From Acidobacteriota bacterium (GTDB taxonomy: Bacteria > Acidobacteriota > Thermoanaerobaculia > Gp7-AA8), in NCBI GenBank assembly GCA_019244185.1, contig JAFATB010000012.1, positions 64,001 through 128,000 on the forward strand: a stretch of 64,000 bases of DNA, in the 5' to 3' direction. Position numbers and translations under genes: made by a program. Positions 30,867 to 40,162 of the stretch are shown here, piece by piece. The stretch's first letter is position 1. Each line of letters opens with the position of its first letter. The notes beneath the pieces were generated by a model that saw nothing but the letters and a program-made list of their open reading frames with translations, made no database searches and was not told the DNA's origin.

Positions 30867-32300
30867 ATGCACGTCAGACGCTCGCTCCTGCTCCTCGTGA
30901 TGCTCGCGTCCCCCTTCGTCGTGGCCGCGCAGCAGAAATCGATCCTCTTCGACGCCGCGCATCAGCAGACCGCCGGCAACGCCGACTGGACACTCGACGA
31001 AGACTCGTGCGGTACCGCCCAACGCTACCCGACGCCCGATCAGGCGGGCATCACCTCCGCAACCAGCGAGACGTACTGGTCGGGCGCCTTCTCCGCGATG
31101 GGCGTCGATCTCGTGAAGAAAGGCTTTCACGTCGAAAGCCTTCCCAACGGCGGACGACTCTCGTACAACGACACCTCGAACGCGCAGGACCTCAAGAACT
31201 ACAACGTGCTCGTGCTGCCGGAGCCGAACGTGCGCTACACGGCGGCGGAGATCACCGCGATCCGCAATTTCGTCACGAACGGCGGCGGCCTCCTGATGAT
31301 CTCCGATCACGCCGGCTCCGACCGCAACAACGACGGCTACGACGCGACGAAGATCTTCAACGAGGTCATGGGCTCTCCGAGCGTCTTCGGCATCACCTTC
31401 AACACGAACTCGAGCGACCGCACCTACGGCTGGTTCGACGATCATCCCGACGGCAACTTCACCACCGACACGTCGTCGCCCATCATCTACACGGGCAAGT
31501 TCGGCAATCCCTCTTCCTCGCGCGGCCTCGGGCTCTTCGGCTCGACGTCGATGACGCTCGCCTCGCCCGCGAAAGGTCACATCTGGCGCACCGTCGCCAC
31601 GCACGACACGTCCAGCGGCGTGACGTTCGCGACGTCGACGTACGGCAATGGACGCGTCGCGGCGTTCGGCGATTCGTCCGCCGCCGAAGACGCGACGAAC
31701 AACTGCGGCCACACCACCTACCTCGGCTACAACGATCCGTCCTACGACAACGGTCTCATCATCGCCAACGCGATCGCGTGGCTCGCCAACGGGACGGTGA
31801 CGCAGCCGCCGCCCACCGGCACCGACATCTCCGGCTGGAAAGTCGTGCAGGCCAACAGCGCGATCACGTACACCATCCCCGCGGGAACGACGATTCCGGC
31901 GAACGGCTACGTCGTCATCGCCCGTCAGGCGACGAAGGCGCAGTTCGAATCGTTCTGGGGCCGCACGCTCGCGTCGAACGTCGTCTTCATCAACAGCAAC
32001 GGCGCGTTCCCGCAGATCAACGGCGACGAGACGTACACGCTGAAGAATGCGTCGAGCACGACCATCGATGGACCGACCATCGCGATGGCGAGCGCCGCGA
32101 GCAAGTCCGTGCAGCGCAAGGATCCGTGCAACGCCGCCGGCACGTCGACGAGCTGGAACGTCCTCGCCACGACCTCCGCGACGCCCGGCTCCGGCGCCGG
32201 CGCCGGCTGCGCGAAAGGCGTCGTCATCAACGAGTTCTCCGACGCCGACGGCACGAACAACTACGTCTACGAGTTCGTCGAGCTGCATAACGACAAATAG
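30867..32300 (+). CDS. Secreted protein: GATase-like/DUF4350-like domain plus circularly permuted lamin-tail domain
   Basis: Signal peptide; ILFDAAHQQTAGNADW, VLVLPEPN, FVTNGGGLLMISDH, GRVAAFGDSS; LTD motifs DISGW...YTIPAGT..PANGYVVI and terminal VVINE...EFVELHN. Confidence 0.75.
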   Translation: MHVRRSLLLLVMLASPFVVAAQQKSILFDAAHQQTAGNADWTLDEDSCGTAQRYPTPDQAGITSATSETYWSGAFSAMGVDLVKKGFHVESLPNGGRLSYNDTSNAQDLKNYNVLVLPEPNVRYTAAEITAIRNFVTNGGGLLMISDHAGSDRNNDGYDATKIFNEVMGSPSVFGITFNTNSSDRTYGWFDDHPDGNFTTDTSSPIIYTGKFGNPSSSRGLGLFGSTSMTLASPAKGHIWRTVATHDTSSGVTFATSTYGNGRVAAFGDSSAAEDATNNCGHTTYLGYNDPSYDNGLIIANAIAWLANGTVTQPPPTGTDISGWKVVQANSAITYTIPAGTTIPANGYVVIARQATKAQFESFWGRTLASNVVFINSNGAFPQINGDETYTLKNASSTTIDGPTIAMASAASKSVQRKDPCNAAGTSTSWNVLATTSATPGSGAGAGCAKGVVINEFSDADGTNNYVYEFVELHNDK

Positions 32301-32324
32301 GCGGCGCACAAGCGCCGCCTATTT
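32295..32324. terminator. Bidirectional terminator hairpin
   Basis: AAATAGGCGGCGC-acaa-GCGCCGCCTATTT, perfect 13-bp stem between convergent genes. Confidence 0.8.
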
Positions 32325-32353
32325 GCCTCCGCTTCGCGACGCGCGCGTGCGCA

Positions 32354-32758
32354 TCACGGCAGCGGACCGTTGTACACGGCCACCGTCGCCGTGACCTCGC
32401 CCGTGTTGTCGGCGTTGTTGATGTCCCAGTAGTAGAGCGACAGACGTCCCGGCGCGAGGATGGTCATCTCCAGCCGCGTCCCCACGGCGAAGAACGTCTT
32501 GCCGGCGTCGAGGCTGCCGATGAGGCTCCCGTAGAGGAACGAGTAGTTGCCGTGCGTGAAGAGGCCGAAGTTGCCGCCCTGCGGATTGCCGAGGCCGTTC
32601 GCGTTGGAGGTGCGGTTCGCGGCGCCGGCGCTCCACGTGTCGTCGGGCGACGCGCTGATCGTCAGCAGCTGTCCCGGCTGTAATGAGACGTTGGTATTGA
32701 GCGGCGCGCCGCCGCTGATGCTGTTGTCTTTTGCTTTCACAATGAAATCGTGAGCCAT
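32354..32758 (-). CDS. LecA/PA-IL-like lectin-fold protein
   Basis: T.V.LQPG..LTISA, GSLIG, G.LSLYYWD....DNTG...V resemble PA-IL; AAAGGAG SD; no signal peptide. Confidence 0.6.
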   Translation of the reverse strand: MAHDFIVKAKDNSISGGAPLNTNVSLQPGQLLTISASPDDTWSAGAANRTSNANGLGNPQGGNFGLFTHGNYSFLYGSLIGSLDAGKTFFAVGTRLEMTILAPGRLSLYYWDINNADNTGEVTATVAVYNGPLP

Positions 32759-32921
32759 GGGGATTCTCCTTTTTCTGCAATTTCCGTTGATTGCATGTCG
32801 TCGCGGGGCCGGCCGTTTGTCGATGCACCGGTGTAGTGCGGGCTCGGCTGAAAGCGTTTCATCCGCAGCGTTGCGGCATTGATTGCGAGCGCGATTTATA
32901 GCCGCGTCAGCTGCAATAGAC

Positions 32922-32937
32922 CGGTGCACCCTTTGCA
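32922..32937 (+). promoter_or_regulatory. Possible sigma-54 promoter CGGTGC-N5-TTGCA
   Basis: GG-N10-GC spacing, about 28 bp before the dehydrogenase ATG. Confidence 0.4.
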
Positions 32938-32964
32938 CTTCTCGCAACGGGAGGACTCAGTCAA

Positions 32965-34113
32965 ATGCGAGCAATGACCTATCGCGGACCGTTCCGTGTC
33001 CGCGTGGAAACGAAGCCCGATCCGGAGATCCTGCATCCGAACGATGCCATCGTGCGCGTGACGCGCGCGGCGATCTGCGGCTCGGACATCCACCTCTACC
33101 ATGGCCTCATGGCCGACACGCGCGTCGGCCAGACGTTCGGACACGAATTCATCGGCGTCGTCGAAGAAGTCGGCCCCGAGGTCGACAATCTGAAGGCGGG
33201 CGACAAGGTGCTCGTCCCGTTCAATGTCTGCTGCGGCACGTGCTACTTCTGTTCGCGCGGGCTCTACGGCAACTGCCACAACACGAATCCGAACGCGACC
33301 GCCGTCGGCGGCATCTACGGCTACTCGCACACGTGCGGCGGCTACGACGGCGGACAGGCGGAGTACGTGCGCGTGCCGTTCGCGAACTTCGGACCGACGA
33401 TCATCCCCGACGACATCGACGACGACGACGCGCTGATGCTCACCGACGCGCTGCCCACCGGCTACCACGCCGCGCAGATGGGCGACATTCAGGAAGGGCA
33501 GACCGTCGTCATTTTCGGCGCCGGCCCGGTCGGCATCTACGCCGCGCGCTGCGCGTGGCTGATGGGCGCGGGGCGCGTGATCGTCACGGATCACCTCGAC
33601 TACCGGCTCGAGTTCGTCAGCCGCTACGGTCCCGCGGAGACGATCAACTTCACGCACCTCAAAGATCCGGTGGTCTACTTCAAGAAGATCACCGACTTCG
33701 TCGGTCCCGACGTCTGCATCGACGCGGTCGGCTGCGATGCGTCCGGCAGCATGCTGCAGGCGCTGGCGGGCTTCCACCTGAAGCTGCAGGCCGGCAATGC
33801 GGTCGCGCTGCACTGGGCGATCAACTCCGTGCGCAAAGGCGGCACGGTGGTGATCATCGGCGCGTACGGTCCGCCGTACAACCTCGTGCCGATCGGCAGC
33901 GCGATGAACAAAGGCCTCACCATTCACGCGAACCAGGCGCCGGTGAAGCGGCAGCTGCCGCGGCTTTTCGAGCACATCCGCAACGGCTACATCAAACCGA
34001 GCGAGATCATCACGCACCGCTTCCCGCTCGAAGACATCGCCGAGGCGTATCGCGTCTTCACCAGCAAACTCGATGGCTGCATCAAGCCGATCGTGATGCC
34101 CACCGCGGCGTAG
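32965..34113 (+). CDS. Zinc-dependent alcohol/formaldehyde dehydrogenase (MDR, YbdR-like)
   Basis: ICGSDIH, GHEFIG, CGTCYFC, GYDGGQAEYVRVP, GAGPVG. Confidence 0.92.
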   Translation: MRAMTYRGPFRVRVETKPDPEILHPNDAIVRVTRAAICGSDIHLYHGLMADTRVGQTFGHEFIGVVEEVGPEVDNLKAGDKVLVPFNVCCGTCYFCSRGLYGNCHNTNPNATAVGGIYGYSHTCGGYDGGQAEYVRVPFANFGPTIIPDDIDDDDALMLTDALPTGYHAAQMGDIQEGQTVVIFGAGPVGIYAARCAWLMGAGRVIVTDHLDYRLEFVSRYGPAETINFTHLKDPVVYFKKITDFVGPDVCIDAVGCDASGSMLQALAGFHLKLQAGNAVALHWAINSVRKGGTVVIIGAYGPPYNLVPIGSAMNKGLTIHANQAPVKRQLPRLFEHIRNGYIKPSEIITHRFPLEDIAEAYRVFTSKLDGCIKPIVMPTAA

Positions 34114-34126
34114 GAAGGAGCGAGCC

Positions 34127-34750
34127 ATGACCATACGCTATGAAGAAGATCACCGGCAGCATTCGACGCGGCCGACGCGCACGACCGTCGACTCCGCGCA
34201 CGCGAAGCGGACGCGCGGCGAAGATCCCGCGCCGTCGCCACATCACGAGTTCAACGGCGTGCCCGCGAACTATCGCGAGATCAACGGCTGGGGCGCCGAT
34301 CTCGATCCGAAGAACCGGCCGTCGTTTCCGATGGAGTACCCGTCCGACGTCAAGACCGCGCGCGGTCCGGTCAAGCACTGGCAGCAGCCGCACACGAAAA
34401 TCCATCAGTCGAATGAACATCCCGGCCTCACGCCCGTCTTCGGCGAGGCGGTGCCGCCGCACGGCCTCAGCGGTCTGCTGCGCGACTACGCGTATCAGTA
34501 CGGCGAAGGCACGACGCGCCACTGGATGACGCTGATGCTCGCCGACCGCGTGGACATCGTCGAGAGCATGGTCGTCGACGCGTTCCGCGGACGTCCCGAC
34601 AACTACGTGAAGGAAAAAGCCTGGAGCGCGAAGATCAAATACGCGGACGCCGAACAGCGCCGCCGCTACCTCTACTACGGTGCGGCGGCGCTCGGCGCGA
34701 TCGCGGTCGGCATCACGCTCAGCCGCGTGTTCGCGGACCACGAGGATTAA
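34127..34750 (+). CDS. Hypothetical protein with C-terminal TM, cotranscribed with the dehydrogenase
   Basis: GWGADLDP.NRP, TPVFG...PP.GLSG.LR..AY.Y.E....HW..L.LADRVD; AAGGAG SD. Confidence 0.75.
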   Translation: MTIRYEEDHRQHSTRPTRTTVDSAHAKRTRGEDPAPSPHHEFNGVPANYREINGWGADLDPKNRPSFPMEYPSDVKTARGPVKHWQQPHTKIHQSNEHPGLTPVFGEAVPPHGLSGLLRDYAYQYGEGTTRHWMTLMLADRVDIVESMVVDAFRGRPDNYVKEKAWSAKIKYADAEQRRRYLYYGAAALGAIAVGITLSRVFADHED

Positions 34751-35154
34751 CCCGCGACCACGCGCCGGCGGCGCAGGAGGTCGAGCGCCCACGCGCCCGG
34801 CCCCTGCGCCGCGATGTACAGAAAGAACCAGCAGAAGAGAATCGGCAGATCGCCGTGATTCTGGATCGGCCAGAAGCCGCCCGCCGCGTGACCTTTGAAG
34901 TACGCCGCCGCCATGAGGCCGCTCGCCAGGAATGCGGCGCTGCGCGTGAAGAGGCCGATGGCGATGAGGATTCCGCCGAAGAACTCGATCGGACCGGCGG
35001 TGAGCACGATCCACCGCGGCGCGCCCGGCGGCATTCCGCCGAACGCGCCGAACAGTTTCATGGCGCCGTAGCACGCGAACATCACGCCCGCGAGGATGCG
35101 CGTGATGCCGAGAATCCGCGGCGCCTGCGCGCGGAACCATTCCACGGCGCTCAT
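34747..35154 (-). CDS. DoxX-family membrane protein
   Basis: RILAGVMF...GAMKLFG, IEFFGG.LIAIGLFTR.AAF, GPGAWALD. Confidence 0.9.
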   Translation of the reverse strand: MSAVEWFRAQAPRILGITRILAGVMFACYGAMKLFGAFGGMPPGAPRWIVLTAGPIEFFGGILIAIGLFTRSAAFLASGLMAAAYFKGHAAGGFWPIQNHGDLPILFCWFFLYIAAQGPGAWALDLLRRRRVVAG

Positions 35155-36116
35155 GACTGCACGCTCCCGAGGTAGTTGCCGTACTGCTCGAAGGTGCCCG
35201 ACCAGCCGTTGGTCATCGACGCGCGGTTGCCGTCGAACGCCTTGCGCTCCGTTTCCGTCGCGCGGATCGGAACCCACGTCACCGTGACCGTCGTCTTGCC
35301 GCCGTCCTCTTCGAAGTCGAGCGTGGTCAGCGTCTCCAGCGGCCACTCGCCCGCGAGCGGATGCCGCGTGACGCCGCGTTCCGGATCGGAGAACGAGCTC
35401 ACGAACACGAGCCGCCGCGGCGGCGTGATCTCGCGGTAGACCCACTTGCCCCAGATCTCCAGGCCGTCCGGCATGCGCATGCCGTAGTGCATCACGCCGC
35501 CGCGCTGAAGATCGTTGTCGAGCTGCACGATCGTGGCGCCTTTCGGCCCCCACCACTTCGCGAGATGCTCGCTGTCCGTCCACGTGCGATAGACGAGCTC
35601 GCGCGGCGCGTCGAACGTGCGGCTGATGACGAACGGCTGCATCGACTCCTGCGTCACGCGCTCTTCGAGCCGCTCCAGCGTCTGCTGCAGCCCTTCCACC
35701 GCGCCGAATTCATTCGCCGTCCGGTCGCGCACCTCGGCACTCTCGAACGTCATGCGGACGCTGACTTCCGTCTTGTCGTCGCGATCGTCGAACGTCACCT
35801 CGACGTCGAAGACCGGTCCGGTCACGTGGCGATACGTGAGCCGCGACGGAGGCTCGATCGCGCCGTAGACGATCTTGTTTTTGTAATCGCTGCCGTCGGG
35901 CCCGTGCATGATGAAGTTCCACTCGCCGCCGGGACGGACGTCCATCGAATGGATCGTGTTCGTGAAGCCGCGCGGCCCCCACCATTGCGCGATGTGCTCG
36001 GGCTCGATCCACATCCGGAAGACGAGCTCGCGCGGCGCGTCGAACACGCGGGAGGCAACGATGTCTCGCGTGCCTTCCATCGTTGCGGCGTTACTTCTTT
36101 CGCTGATTACGGCCAT
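35151..36116 (-). CDS. Tandem SRPBCC (AHSA1) domain protein
   Basis: Two copies of SR.FDAPRELV...W....H.A.WWGP.G. Confidence 0.9.
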   Translation of the reverse strand: MAVISERSNAATMEGTRDIVASRVFDAPRELVFRMWIEPEHIAQWWGPRGFTNTIHSMDVRPGGEWNFIMHGPDGSDYKNKIVYGAIEPPSRLTYRHVTGPVFDVEVTFDDRDDKTEVSVRMTFESAEVRDRTANEFGAVEGLQQTLERLEERVTQESMQPFVISRTFDAPRELVYRTWTDSEHLAKWWGPKGATIVQLDNDLQRGGVMHYGMRMPDGLEIWGKWVYREITPPRRLVFVSSFSDPERGVTRHPLAGEWPLETLTTLDFEEDGGKTTVTVTWVPIRATETERKAFDGNRASMTNGWSGTFEQYGNYLGSVQS

Positions 36117-36453
36117 GTTTCTTCTTCTCCTTGCTTTGCAGTTCGCGCAGGTATTCGTCCAGACGGTCGAAGCTCTGCTCCCAGAATTTGCGGTAGGTGG
36201 AGACCCAGTCGGCGACGTCCTTGAGCGGCGCCGCGGCGAGCCGGCAAGGACGCCACTGCGCGTCGCGGCCGCGGGCGATGAGCCCCGCGCGTTCGAGCAC
36301 TTTGAGATGCTTCGAGATCGCCGGCATGCTCATGTCGAACGGCTCAGCGAGCTCGGTCACCGACGCTTCGCCCGACGCCAGCCGCGCCAGGATCGCTCTG
36401 CGCGTCGGATCGGCCAGAGCCGCGAAGGTGATGCTGAGATCGTCGGTCGCCAT
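36091..36453 (-). CDS. ArsR/SmtB-family transcriptional regulator
   Basis: FAALADPTRRAILARL, AISKHLKVLERAGLI. Confidence 0.93.
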   Translation of the reverse strand: MATDDLSITFAALADPTRRAILARLASGEASVTELAEPFDMSMPAISKHLKVLERAGLIARGRDAQWRPCRLAAAPLKDVADWVSTYRKFWEQSFDRLDEYLRELQSKEKKKHGRNQRKK

Positions 36454-36465
36454 CGTGCTCAACTC

Positions 36466-36517
36466 ATCGGTTAATTAACCGATAGGCTAAATATAGGCCG
36501 CGATCGCGCGTTGTCAA
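36466..36517 (-). promoter_or_regulatory. Sigma-70 promoter (TTGACA-N16-TATATT) with palindromic ArsR operator ATCGGTTAATTAACCGAT
   Basis: -35 at 36512-36517, -10 at 36490-36495; perfect 18-bp palindrome at 36466-36483. Confidence 0.8.
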
Positions 36518-36567
36518 GCAGGGAATGCCGTTTTCGCCGCCGCTCGTTCCGCTGGACGAGACTCCCC

Positions 36568-37371
36568 ATGCCCTCGGCCCTTCATCCCGTGCAGAGCTTC
36601 GCCGCGCCCGACGCGCTGAGCGTGCAGCTGATCCACTATCCGGCCGGGCTGCAGCTGCCGCCGCACGCGCACAACGCCGCCGGGTTCGCGTTCACGTTCA
36701 GCGGCGGCTACGTCGAGCGCTACGCGGGCATTGCCTTCACGTGCCGCAGCGGCGTGGTCACGTTCAGTCCGCCGGGCGAGCGGCATTCAAATGCGTTCGA
36801 CGGCGCGCCGAGCCGCTGCCTCGTCATCGACCTGCATCCCGCGTGGCTGCAGTCGCTGGAGCTCGCGCCGTCGTTCGCGACGCGTCCTGATTTCTTTCGA
36901 GGAGAGCCGTTCACCGACGTCGCGCGCCGCTTCGTGCGCGAGCTGGGCGAGAGCGACAGCGCGACGCCGCTGGTGATGCGCGCGCTGACGATGGAGCTCC
37001 TCGCGCTGGCCATGCGCGGCGAAGAGCGGCGCCACCGCCGCGCGCCGCAATGGCTGCTGCACGTGCGCGAGCGGCTCTCCGACGACTTCGCGCACAACGC
37101 CACGCTCGCGGAGCTCGCGCGCGAGGCCGGCGTGCATCCGGTGCATCTCGCCACGCAGTTCCGCGCCCACTTCGGCTGCACCGTCGGCGAGTTCCTCAGG
37201 CGCCGTCGCATCGAGTTCGCCTGCGAAGAGATCCGCGGCGGCGAAGCCTCGCTCCTCGACATCGCCCAGCGCGCCGGCTTCGCCACGCAGAGCCACTTCA
37301 GCCGCGTCTTCCGGGCGGTGGTGGGGCGGACGCCGACCGAATTCCGCGATGCGACGCGCGCCGGACGCTGA
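36568..37371 (+). CDS. AraC-family regulator with cupin sensor domain
   Basis: HAH...H cupin; LAELAREAGVHPVHLA..F, GFATQSHFSRVF...G.TP..FR. Confidence 0.9.
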   Translation: MPSALHPVQSFAAPDALSVQLIHYPAGLQLPPHAHNAAGFAFTFSGGYVERYAGIAFTCRSGVVTFSPPGERHSNAFDGAPSRCLVIDLHPAWLQSLELAPSFATRPDFFRGEPFTDVARRFVRELGESDSATPLVMRALTMELLALAMRGEERRHRRAPQWLLHVRERLSDDFAHNATLAELAREAGVHPVHLATQFRAHFGCTVGEFLRRRRIEFACEEIRGGEASLLDIAQRAGFATQSHFSRVFRAVVGRTPTEFRDATRAGR

Positions 37372-37399
37372 CGCGCCCGGCGCGGCGCTGACGCATCTG

Positions 37400-37753
37400 T
37401 TACTCCGTCGCGGCCTCGCCTGACGCCGGCCGGCAGCCCCACCGCGAGCGCATTCCTTCTCGCATCCGCTCGCGTTCCTCGGGGGTCATCTGCTCCCAGC
37501 GCGCGGCCATGTGGCGTCCCATTCTTCCGCGCGAGCCGCGGTGGAAGCCGAAGCCGCCGAAGAGAATCCTGCAGAGCGCGAGGAGGCCGAGCGCCTGCCA
37601 GAAGGTCACCGTGCGGAAGCCGAAGAGCGGCGGCAGGAGCCAGTTCCACAGCGCGCGCACGATGGCGCCGCCGAGGAACGTGAAGAGCACCATGCCGGCG
37701 ATGGCGGCGGGGATGATGAAGATCCATTTCTTTCTCATGTGCAGACTCCTCAT
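37400..37753 (-). CDS. Small membrane protein coupled to ECF sigma (candidate anti-sigma or target)
   Basis: ATGA overlap with the sigma gene; LWNWLLPPLFG..TFWQALGLL...RILFGG; MTPEERE. Confidence 0.8.
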   Translation of the reverse strand: MRSLHMRKKWIFIIPAAIAGMVLFTFLGGAIVRALWNWLLPPLFGFRTVTFWQALGLLALCRILFGGFGFHRGSRGRMGRHMAARWEQMTPEERERMREGMRSRWGCRPASGEAATE

Positions 37754-38334
37754 GGATTCGTGAGCTCGTCGTAGATGCGCTGCAGTCGTTCGCGCAGATG
37801 CAATACGGCGTAGCGCTTGCGCGAGAGCAGCGTGTTGAGGTTGACGCCCGACGCCGCGGACATCTCTTTGAAGCTGCGCCCTTCGAGCTCGTGCGCGATG
37901 AACACCTCGCGCTGCTCGTCGGGCAATTCGCTCAGCGCGAGCTCGAGCTCCTCGAGCAGCACGCCGCGCGCGTAGACCGCATCCGGTCCGTCGTCGGGCG
38001 ATGGCAGCACGTCTTCGAGTCGCAGCAGCTCGTCGTCGTCGGTGACGAACGTCTGCTCGCTGAAGGTCTCCGGCGTCTTCTTGCGAAAGAGATCCGTGAT
38101 GCGATTGCTGGCCACGCGGAACAGCCACGCCGTCACGTGATCGACCGGCATGAGCAGGCGGTTCGCCTCGACCAGGCGCTGAAAGACGTCCTGCAGGATG
38201 TCATCGACGTCGCGCGGGTCGCGCACGCGGCGCCGGATGAACGCGCGCAGCCGGCTCTGTTCCCGCCGGACCACGTCTGCAATGCGCTGGTCCTGCTCGA
38301 ATGCCATCCGCTCCGGCCGTGCCGCGTCGTTCAT
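37750..38334 (-). CDS. ECF RNA polymerase sigma-70 factor
   Basis: DDILQDVF, AWLFRVASNRITD, LSELPDEQREVF, SFKEM, NTLLSRKRYA. Confidence 0.92.
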   Translation of the reverse strand: MNDAARPERMAFEQDQRIADVVRREQSRLRAFIRRRVRDPRDVDDILQDVFQRLVEANRLLMPVDHVTAWLFRVASNRITDLFRKKTPETFSEQTFVTDDDELLRLEDVLPSPDDGPDAVYARGVLLEELELALSELPDEQREVFIAHELEGRSFKEMSAASGVNLNTLLSRKRYAVLHLRERLQRIYDELTNP

Positions 38335-38382
38335 CCACGAGCGTAGACGAACGGCGCGCGCGGATATTGTGAACGCGCCGCG

Positions 38383-39363
38383 TTACGAACGCTGTCCGGG
38401 AGGCCGGCCGGTCCAGCGCTTGTACGCGCGCGAGAACGCGGCCGGATCGGAGAAGCCGAGGAGATAGGCGGTCTCGCTGACGGCAAGCTTGCGTTCGCGG
38501 AGGTACTGCACGGCGAGCCGGTGGCGCAGCTCGTTGACGATTTGCTTGAACGTCACGCCTTCCGCGCGCAGCTTGCGGAAGAGCGTATGCCGTCCCATGC
38601 CGAGCTCGCGCGCGATGGCATCGACGCTGACGTCGGCCGAGCGCAGGCCGTTCGCGAGCAGCGCCTCGACGCGGCAGCGCGTCGACTGCATGGGCGCGCT
38701 TTGCAGGACGGCGTCGGCGCGCGTGCGCACGATGTCGAGCATGTGCGACGCCGCTTGCGGCATCTGCTGCAGCACGGCCGGATCGAGAAGCACCGCGTTG
38801 CGTGCGCTGCCGAAGACGATCGGCATTTGAAAGATGCGCTCGTACTCGGTGCGATCCCGCGGCTCCGCGTGGCGGAAGTGCACGGCTTTGAGGAAGTGCG
38901 ATCCGGGAAACACGCGCCGCGCCATCGTCACGCATCGCGCGTAGCTCGCTTCGGCGCCTTCCGGAAAGTCGTGATGCATCGGGTCGGCGATCCAGATTCC
39001 TTCCGCGTCGTGCACGAGCTCGTAGCGTCCGGCGTTCGCGCCGGCGGCCCGCGGATCGCGCACGACCTGGGCGAAGCCTTCCGCAACCGTCGGCGAGAGC
39101 ACGCCCAGCATGCACGCCAGCGTGCGCTCCGCGCCGTACTCCGATTCGCCGAAGTGCAGCGCGAACGCGGGATCGCCGCACAGCGCCTGTCCCGCTTTCA
39201 TGAGCGCCGCGTAGCGGTCGAGCGGCACGCGTCCTTCCTCGTCGAGCAGATCCAGCGTGTCGATGCCGGATCGCTCGACCAGCAGCGCGCGGCTCGCACC
39301 ACGCGACACCGCGAAGTCCATCAGCGCGCGTGCGGCGGTCGCACCGATCGCGCGCTCAGGCAT
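38383..39363 (-). CDS. AraC-family regulator (OruR/Arabinose_bd_2 type)
   Basis: GDPAFALHFG, IARELGMGRHTL.RKL..EG.TF, AYLLGFSDPAAFSRAYKRWTG. Confidence 0.9.
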   Translation of the reverse strand: MPERAIGATAARALMDFAVSRGASRALLVERSGIDTLDLLDEEGRVPLDRYAALMKAGQALCGDPAFALHFGESEYGAERTLACMLGVLSPTVAEGFAQVVRDPRAAGANAGRYELVHDAEGIWIADPMHHDFPEGAEASYARCVTMARRVFPGSHFLKAVHFRHAEPRDRTEYERIFQMPIVFGSARNAVLLDPAVLQQMPQAASHMLDIVRTRADAVLQSAPMQSTRCRVEALLANGLRSADVSVDAIARELGMGRHTLFRKLRAEGVTFKQIVNELRHRLAVQYLRERKLAVSETAYLLGFSDPAAFSRAYKRWTGRPPGQRS

Positions 39364-39449
39364 CGTGCGTTTCCGTGCTGCAACCGGTGGTCATGCGTTT
39401 GCGACGCCGCGTCATGTCCATGGAGCTCCGTCGTGTCTAAGGTACACGC

Positions 39450-40160
39450 ATGAGCACCGCAGCAGAAATCTCTCCGCGCCGCATGGCCAGGCTGGCCGGC
39501 TTCTTTTACATCCTGATGCTGCCGATCGGCATGATCCCGATGCTCGTCGGACGCGTGCCGATCACCAGCGATGCCGCGGCGACGGCGGCCGCGATCGTGG
39601 CGCATCCGGCCGCGTTCTACACCGGGTTCCTGGCGGACATCCTCATCGTTGCCGTCTACATCCCGGTGACCGCGCTTCTGTACCGGTTGTTCGCGCCGGT
39701 CGACCGCGCGCTGTCGTTGACCGCGGCGTTCTTCAGTCTCGTGGGCTGCGCCGATCAGGCGTTCGCGTGCTTGTTTCGCGTCGCGCCGATGACCGTGCTC
39801 ACGAGCGTGCCCGCGTCGCGCGCGTTCAGCCGCGCGGCAATCGAGACGCTCGTCCAGTTCCTGTTGAATTTCTACAAGCTCGGCTACGGCATCGCGCTGG
39901 TGTTCTTCGGTGTCTATCTCATTCTCATCGGGACGCTCATCGTCCGTTCGACCTTCATGCCGCGGCTCCTCGGCATCCTCGTGATGCTCGCCGGCGTCAG
40001 CGGGCTCACGTTTCTGTGGCCGCCGCTGTCGCAGTCTCTGTGGCCGCGCCAGGCGTTGTGCTTCGTGATCGGCGAAGGAAGTCTCGTTCTGTGGCTGCTG
40101 ATTCGCGGCGTGGACGCCGAGCGCTGGCACGCGCTGGCGCGCGGGACCGCGGTCGATTGA
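39450..40160 (+). CDS. DUF4386-like multi-pass membrane protein
   Basis: ARLAG..Y, DAAATA..I, LYRLF.PV...LSL, IALVFFG, RSTFMPR.LG, WLLIRGVD. Confidence 0.8.
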   Translation: MSTAAEISPRRMARLAGFFYILMLPIGMIPMLVGRVPITSDAAATAAAIVAHPAAFYTGFLADILIVAVYIPVTALLYRLFAPVDRALSLTAAFFSLVGCADQAFACLFRVAPMTVLTSVPASRAFSRAAIETLVQFLLNFYKLGYGIALVFFGVYLILIGTLIVRSTFMPRLLGILVMLAGVSGLTFLWPPLSQSLWPRQALCFVIGEGSLVLWLLIRGVDAERWHALARGTAVD

Positions 40161-40162
40161 CC

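Noticed and set aside
32760-32960. Riboswitch or sRNA in the 200-bp intergenic gap
   Set aside because: No recognisable aptamer consensus; explicable as two divergent promoters. An Rfam scan would settle it.
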